From Basidiobolus meristosporus CBS 931.73 (taxonomy: Eukaryota > Fungi > Basidiobolomycota), in the NCBI GenBank assembly GCA_002104905.1, contig MCFE01000076.1, forward strand, positions 118,643 to 182,642: a stretch of DNA of 64,000 bases. Direction: 5' to 3'. A model generated the notes under the pieces. It was given only the letters and a program-made list of their open reading frames with translations. It made no database searches and had not been told where the DNA came from. This document shows, in pieces, positions 58,339 through 64,000 of the stretch. The position numbers and the translations under genes are program-made. Position 1 is the first letter of the stretch. Each line of letters opens with the position of its first letter.

Positions 58339-61107
58339 CTACTGTTGTAGCTTTGATACAAGAGTGTGTAGCTGAGGGGAACTTGTAGGTAAGTTAATAA
58401 GAAGTGATGATAGTTCTTGAGTGCTCAAGACACTGTTCAGTGGGAAGGGGGGTAGCAAGAGAGGTAAGAATGACTTGTGAACAACATTAATGAGGGGAAT
58501 GTGATAAGGATTGATATTCATCATAAAGGGAGTGTGCTGCTGCAGATATTGCTGCCAAAGGTCTGTCAAGTACTTCAGGTAGGCCAGCTTGGGTTTTTCT
58601 GACTGCAGAATAAATTCTGCAAACTTCTTGACTTCAGGATCTCCAAGTATAGTTCTCCAGCAGGAGCCAGGTGTTGTGTGGTGTGTTCTCTTCCAGGCCT
58701 TAATCAGTGGGTTGTTGCAGTGGTGAAGTCTGAGATATAATCTGGTTCTAAGGTAGAGAAGTCTGATCTTATAGGGCATAAACCCAAAAGCACCAAGAAT
58801 AGCATGTCTGTAGGGGCATTCAGGCAAATGAGGCACCAAGGAGGTAATGCACCATACTGCAAACTTGTCAAGCTTAGTGCAGTCTCTAGAAGTAAGAGAG
58901 AGAAGTGGTAAGCCAAATTCCAGTACAGGGAAGACAAACTGCTTGAGTAGAAGAAGGCAGCTGGGAGCTGAAGTTGTAGGAGGAGTAACAGCCAGTAGCT
59001 TGTGGAGTGCCTGTCTTGCCAGGATAATTCTCTTCTTCAGGTGTGCTCCAGAGTCTAGTCCAGTAGGAAGGAAAGGAAAGCCAAGATATGTAGCAGAAAC
59101 CTGAGCAGGTAGAGTGGAGTTCTCTAAGGTGATGGGAGAGCCCAAAGGTACTGTCTTTGCAATGGAAAGCTGGAGATTATTCTTCTGCAGATACTGGTGG
59201 ATGGTCTGGGAGTCTTGTTGCACATTGGAGGAGGATATTCTGATGTCATCAGCAAAGAGAGTAACCAGGCAGTCAGCTGAGAGTCATGGGAAATCATTCA
59301 GGAAGATGGCAAACAGTATAGGACCAAGCACAGAGCCTTGAACCACTCCATTAGGAACTGAGAACACAGCTGATTGCTCACTTGGGTGCAGAATTCTTGC
59401 TTGTGGATCCAGAAACAGGGACCTGACAAGGAGGGTGAGAGAGGTACTGGAGAAGCATTGCAACTTGGACCAAAGCAGATTTCTGTCAACTGAATCAAAG
59501 GCCTTAGTAATATCAAACAGAACTGAGGGATACTTACACTGGAGAGAGTGATCTTGGCTAAGTATGACTGCATATTCCAAGGAGAGGCCAGGAACAAAGC
59601 CAAACTGTGCAGGATGAAACTTGAGGGAGTCAGAGTAGAGCTCCTGAGCAAGCAGAAGCTCAAACACCTTTCTGCAGGTGGGCAGCAGAGATATTGGCCT
59701 GTAGGAGCTAGGATCCAGGTGCTTTCTGTTACCCTTGTACAGTGGCAGAACATTTGCAATGGACCATTCCTCAGGAGTAGAAAGCTGGGCTGAGCATTGC
59801 TGAAACAGTGGAAGCAGAAGTGCAGACATGGCCTTGGTACTAGTCTTCAGAAGCTCATAGGAGATTGTGTCCACACCTGGAGCAGTAGAGTTGGGAAGCC
59901 TCTTGAGCACATTATGGATTCTCCTTTGATCAAGTGCAAGTGGGATGGGCAGAGTCTTGAAGTCAGGATGAAAGCCAGGAGTTGAGTACTGCTTTGTAGA
60001 GAAGAAGATGTTAGCCAGCTGTTCTGTTGAAGGTAACTTCCTGGAAGAGGGCCTCATTGCCCTGTAGAGTCTTGATACTGTTCTTGTTATAGAGTTGGAA
60101 GATTGCAGAGGCAAGGAACTCATAATATGATCCCAGAGCTGAGTATGCAGAGTGTGGTGAATTGCCTTGGAGTGGTGTATTGCTGTCAGGAGGAGTTTCT
60201 CTGTTTTTGGGTTAGGGAAACTCAGGTAGCTTTGTTGCAGGGCTGAAACAATGGATTCCCATTTTCTTGAGGTAACAGCAGTAGTCTTGCATGGCAGTGA
60301 GAGGGAGGCAGACACCAGAATCAGATGCTTCACAAAGAGCCAGGCATAGTTGAGATCATCTGGCAGAGAAAGTAGCAAACTGGCAAGCTTCAAGTAGTTC
60401 CCAAAGTCTTTCTTCTGATTCTTGGTAGCTTTGTGGGTGAGCACAGTAAGTTTTGGCAGCTTCTTCTTCACAACTGGTTGCATAGAAAGGGACCAGGCTG
60501 GGTGGTCAGAGGCTCTCAAGGATCCTAGCTCAGCTCCAGAGAATTGCTTAACTTCATCCACAAAGTAGAGGGCAGCAGCAGAAGGGCAGATCCAGTCAAC
60601 ACATCTTTTCTCAGATTGAGCACCTAGTGCTAGCAGATGGCTTTCTCTCAGGAAGTTCAGTAGGAATGTAGACCTTGGCTTCATTCTTGCAGTCAGAGTA
60701 GTCTTTTTCTCAGGATGGGGAATGTTGAGATCTCCAAGCAAGATAATAGGTGTTGATATAGATTGCTGGTATTGCTGAACTTTCTGGCATATAACTTGCA
60801 CTTCCTGAAGGGCAAGACTTGGAGGCAGATAGCAGAGCACCAGACTGATAGTTGGCAACTGGAGAGCAGCACAGTAAGGGGAGTAAAGAGGAACACAGAG
60901 CTGAGGAGTATTGATGGTAGAAGAGATGAAGCAGATAGAGGAGGTATTCTTTGTTCTAGGAGTAGAAAAGCAATATAGATTAGTCAAAAGTATAGAGGGT
61001 AGCTGAACATCAATCAAACACAGGAGGGAAAATCTTGAAAGAAGTCTCTCTAGAGTTGGTCTTGATGGCTGTATGCTGTTGCAGTTAAGCAACAGAACTT
61101 CAGGTAG
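58339..61107 (-). CDS. LINE ORF2: APE endonuclease + reverse transcriptase, no AUG before the endonuclease, one internal in-frame TGA at 59284-59286
   Basis: APE: LLNCN, CYLPP, LGDLN, VDWI, SDH; RT: APGVD, YRPISLL, QFGF, FDITKAFDSV, GVVQGSVLGP, FADD (59245-59256), YLGF. Confidence 0.93.
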
Positions 61108-62616
61108 TCAGGCAGAGGTTGTAGCTTCTTCAGAGGCAGCATTAACTATGTGACCTGCAGAGTCCCAGAGCTCTTCAAATGGTGCATCACTTAAGTCAGC
61201 AAGGAGGGAAATGGCATGGTTCTTGAGGAAGTATGCCACATCATAGGAGGGGGCTTGTCTCTTGATGGCAGCAAAGAAAGACAGAATGGCAACATGGGCT
61301 GGAGGCTTGTTGAACAGTAGAGAGTCAGAGGATTCAGATTCTTCAGGCACTATCTTGAAGTCAGTTTTCAGCCAGTTAAGGTTCTTCTCCACAAAGGCAA
61401 CAAATGGGTCAGCAATGTTTTGGTCTAGGATAACCTCCAGAATCTTCCCTTTTCTCCAGGCCAGGTTGACAATTCTTGAGAGCTGAATATTGCATGCCTT
61501 GAGTGCTTTCCTGATGTTGGAAATGGGAGTCCAGGGAACTTGCTTCAAGTACACCACAGTCCAGGTAGAAGCTGGTGGTAGGTTTGCTGGGGGCTTGTAA
61601 GTCCTTCTGTGTGGCAATGGAGCTGCAGTAGTCAGATTGGAGTCCACATTCTCAGTAGAGGGTTTTCTTGATGTGTCTTGCTGAATGGTACTGGAGCTGG
61701 ATGTGTTGATAATTCTTGCTAGAACCTTGCCTGCATAAGTCTGAGGTATAGCTGAGGTGACTGTAGAGGTGGTGGCAGCTGGTGCAGGTGGAGAGGCAGA
61801 AACTGAAGCAGGAACTGAGGTCACCTGGGAGAAGGCAGTAGAAGCAGGTTTTCTGGGAGGAACAGAGTTCACTATCCAGTTGTTCTGTAAAACACTGGAG
61901 TAGCTTTTCTGTGGAACAGGATCTTGCTCTTGAACAGGAACAGAAGCAGCAGGCTGGGGCTGAGCAGTAGTGGTAAGGCAGTGGCACTCCAAGGAAGCTT
62001 TTTGCAAGGCATCTCTGGCAGTTTTCAGGGCAGTATTGGCTTCATTCTTGAGCTTCTTGCATTGGGCATCCAGTCTCTTGTTTTCAATAGCCAGGGCAGT
62101 ATTGGCAGCCTCTAAATCAGCAATTCTCTTCTCAATTGCAAGGAATCTCTGAAGAAATGCATCAGTAGAAGTGCTGGCATCTGGGAGAGCAGTGGCAGGA
62201 ATAGAGTCCATTGACAGTGGGCTTCTTGGAGGCAAGGAAAGTGGACTGGCAGATTCAGGCACAAAAGGAGATATCCTGGCAGGAGGAGAAGGAGTATCCA
62301 AGGCAGTAACAGAGGCAATTCTTGTTGGTGAAGCAGCAGCAGGGGAGGCAAGCCTGTTCAGAAACTGGGCAGGAGAGAGTGCTTGAGGAGAGGGAGTCTT
62401 CAGCTTGCCAAGCATGTCTTCCATCAGAGTGATACCAATATTCCTGGTGCATTTGCAGAGAAAAGTAAGCTTCCTGAGTCTGCCAGCTCTTCCATTCCTT
62501 CTGATAGTTCCTTTGTTTCCACAGTTGGGGCAAGAAATCTTCTTGATAGACTTGTCAAAGCAATCAAGAACCTTCCTTTCAGGTGTAGTGGGCTCCTGTT
62601 GAGGTTTTGGTGGCAT
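61108..62616 (-). CDS. LINE ORF1 (Gag-like): N-terminal CPNC...CKC zinc-ribbon-like motif, Ser/Pro-rich linker, coiled coil, RRM-like domain
   Basis: Uninterrupted ORF from ATG 62616 to TGA 61108-61110 directly upstream of and in frame with ORF2. Confidence 0.88.
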   Translation of the reverse strand: MPPKPQQEPTTPERKVLDCFDKSIKKISCPNCGNKGTIRRNGRAGRLRKLTFLCKCTRNIGITLMEDMLGKLKTPSPQALSPAQFLNRLASPAAASPTRIASVTALDTPSPPARISPFVPESASPLSLPPRSPLSMDSIPATALPDASTSTDAFLQRFLAIEKRIADLEAANTALAIENKRLDAQCKKLKNEANTALKTARDALQKASLECHCLTTTAQPQPAASVPVQEQDPVPQKSYSSVLQNNWIVNSVPPRKPASTAFSQVTSVPASVSASPPAPAATTSTVTSAIPQTYAGKVLARIINTSSSSTIQQDTSRKPSTENVDSNLTTAAPLPHRRTYKPPANLPPASTWTVVYLKQVPWTPISNIRKALKACNIQLSRIVNLAWRKGKILEVILDQNIADPFVAFVEKNLNWLKTDFKIVPEESESSDSLLFNKPPAHVAILSFFAAIKRQAPSYDVAYFLKNHAISLLADLSDAPFEELWDSAGHIVNAASEEATTSA

Positions 62617-62685
62617 ATCCAGAGTTTCAGCTTCAAATTTCAATTTTTGAGATTTTTGGGTGATTTTTGATGGGCGGGATCAAAA

Positions 62686-62699
62686 TTAGGGTTAGGGTT
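62686..62699 (+). repeat. Internal telomeric repeats TTAGGGTTAGGGTT
   Basis: Read directly, 70 nt upstream of LINE ORF1. Confidence 0.95.
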
Positions 62700-62841
62700 G
62701 CGCGCTGTGACTGCTTTTTACGATCGCAAGGTCAGAACCTAGGAAAAAATAAAAATAGTTAGTAAAGGTGATTTAATGGATGGATGGATGGATTCGGAGT
62801 CAGATTCAATCAAAAAATCAAATCGTTGACTAATTTAAAGA

Positions 62842-63371
62842 GGGTTAGGGGGGGAGGAAAGTCACCAAGTGGTGAAATCTTTATTTACTTATGACAAGTA
62901 TCTAAAGAAGCCAAGCTAATCTGATGTTATTCCTAGAAAGCTAGGTCTGAGAGATATATTCCTGGTAAGCCAGGTCTGAGAGTTGAGAAGCTGAGTGGTA
63001 CTATATTTCCTAGTTAGCTAGGTCTGAGAGTGGTTTCCTGGAAAGCCAGGCCTGAGAAGTGAGAATCTGAATATATCTGAGCTAAGTTATACTGGTTTGC
63101 GGTAGCTGAATTGTGGCCGGAATGGCCAGTAGACTGGGGGAGCTGAGATGTATTTCTGGGCAATCACTGGCCAAATTTACTAGGCAAATCTGGCCAAGTA
63201 GCATTTCAAGGATTTCAGCCAATCAGAGCCTTTACTTTGCCCGATGGTTGATCAAGCCATCTCCCAATGAGCACACATCAATTTATTGATCAAATTTTGT
63301 TGGATCCAGGATTTGAACCCACAACCATGGGTATGGAAGGGTTAGGGATAACCACAAGGCTAAGTGTTCTT
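62842..63371 (-). mobile_element. Full-length tRNA-derived SINE (about 530 bp) sharing the array 3' module
   Basis: Pol III A box 63362-63352 and B box 63319-63309 at tRNA spacing; hairpin-rich non-coding body; shared 3' terminus; second copy adjacent. Confidence 0.8.
63309..63362 (-). promoter_or_regulatory. Internal RNA polymerase III type-2 promoter (A box TAGCCTTGTGG, B box GGTTCAAATCC)
   Basis: Near-consensus boxes; T8-to-G53 distance of 44 nt as in tRNA genes; acceptor stem does not pair so not a functional tRNA. Confidence 0.75.
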
Positions 63372-63738
63372 GGTTAGGGGGAGGAAAGTCACCAAGTGGT
63401 GAAATCTTTATTTACTTATGACAAGTATCTAAAGAAGCCAAGTTAATCCGAAGTTATTCCTAGAAAGCTAGGTCTGAGAGATATCTTCCTGGTAAGCCAG
63501 GTCTGAGAGTTGAGAGGCTGAGTGGTACTATATTTCCTAGTTAGCTAGGTCTGAGAGAGGTTTCCTGGAAAGCCAGGCCTGAGAAGTAAGAATCTGAATA
63601 TATCTGAGCTAAGTTATACTGGTTTGCGGTAGCTGAATTATGGCCGGAATGGCCAGTAGACTGGGGGAACTGAGAGGAATTTCTGGGCGATCACTGGCCA
63701 AATTTACTAGGCAAATCTGGCCAATTAGCATTTCAAGG
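63372..63738 (-). mobile_element. 5'-truncated second copy of the SINE
   Basis: Near-identical to 62842-63211, lacks the tRNA-like head. Confidence 0.88.
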
Positions 63739-63830
63739 GTTAGGGGGGGAGACAGTCACCAACAGGTGAAATCTTTATTTCAGTTGAAACAAAGAAGCCA
63801 GCGCTACTGTTGTAGCTTTGATACAAGAGT
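63737..63830 (-). mobile_element. About 90-nt 5'-truncated copy of the LINE 3' end
   Basis: Matches 58272-58365 with three substitutions. Confidence 0.92.
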
Positions 63831-64000
63831 TAGGGTTAGGGTTAGGGTAGGGTTAGGGTTAGGGTTAGGGTTAGGGTTAGGGTTAGGGTTAGGGTTAGGG
63901 TTAGGGTTAGGGTTAGGGTTAGGGTTAGGGTTAGGGTTAGGGTTAGGGTTAGGGTTAGGGTTAGGGTTAGGGTTAGGGTTAGGTTAGGGTTAGGGTTAGG
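63830..64000 (+). repeat. Telomere (TTAGGG)n, G-strand running to the window end
   Basis: About 28 units read directly, with TAGGG and TTAGG variants; orientation expected for a right chromosome end. Confidence 0.99.

Larger units (their letters stand above)
58266..62841 (-). mobile_element. Full-length-looking non-LTR retrotransposon (LINE): ORF1 + APE endonuclease + RT, telomere-associated
   Basis: ORF1, ORF2 domains below, about 70-nt 3' UTR ending in C7-TAACCC; 5' boundary could be 62685 or 62841. Confidence 0.92.

Noticed and set aside
58339-61107. Telomerase (TERT) or Penelope-like RT
   Set aside because: Motifs and the N-terminal APE domain are those of a non-LTR LINE; no T motif or GIY-YIG seen
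59284-61110. UGA read as selenocysteine or an alternative genetic code
   Set aside because: Many host genes here end in TGA normally, the sites are not redox Cys positions and no SECIS was identified
63290-63371. Functional tRNA gene
   Set aside because: A and B boxes are present but acceptor, anticodon and T stems do not pair properly; treated as a SINE head
62932-63577. CRISPR-like array (palindromic repeats with spacers)
   Set aside because: Eukaryotic context, irregular short spacing, no unique spacers or cas genes; explained as SINE hairpins
63640-63987. ORF ending in long GL repeats
   Set aside because: It is the translation of SINE/stub sequence running into (TTAGGG)n, not a gene

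Overview
Right-hand end of a fungal chromosome, probably from an early-diverging fungus (Zoopagomycota/Mucoromycota-like; inferred from short GT-AG introns with CTAAC-type branch sites, TTAGGG telomere and gene content). Bases 1-56.8 kb are gene-dense euchromatin with about 24 mostly ordinary intron-containing genes (HPP protein, CDF Zn transporter, metallopeptidase-jacalin, citron/ROCK-like kinase, METTL16, RPL12, EAF6, eIF4A-III, GnT-I-like glycosyltransferase, PI-PLC-like, HSP20, PCL cyclin, prenylcysteine oxidase, sugar porter, GNAT, MesA/Afi1, CsbD-like, M17 peptidase, GLC3, alpha-arrestin, VPS4, AA11-type LPMO with CBM5/12). The last 7 kb are the striking part: a head-to-tail array of minus-strand retroelements (5' ends toward the telomere), each separated by only about one TTAGGG and capped by about 170 bp of (TTAGGG)n. 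The array has three different element types sharing one 3' terminal module (AATAA-hairpin-C-tract-TAACCC): an autonomous-type APE-endonuclease/RT LINE whose ORF2 follows ORF1 in frame behind a UGA-CUA codon, a diverged Gag-only (HeT-A-like) element, and a tRNA-derived, hairpin-rich SINE with a telomeric motif in its head. About 5.9 kb of this region has no CpG at all by eye, and sibling copies show CpG loss toward the centromere. All annotation is by-eye translation and motif recognition; no database searches were run.
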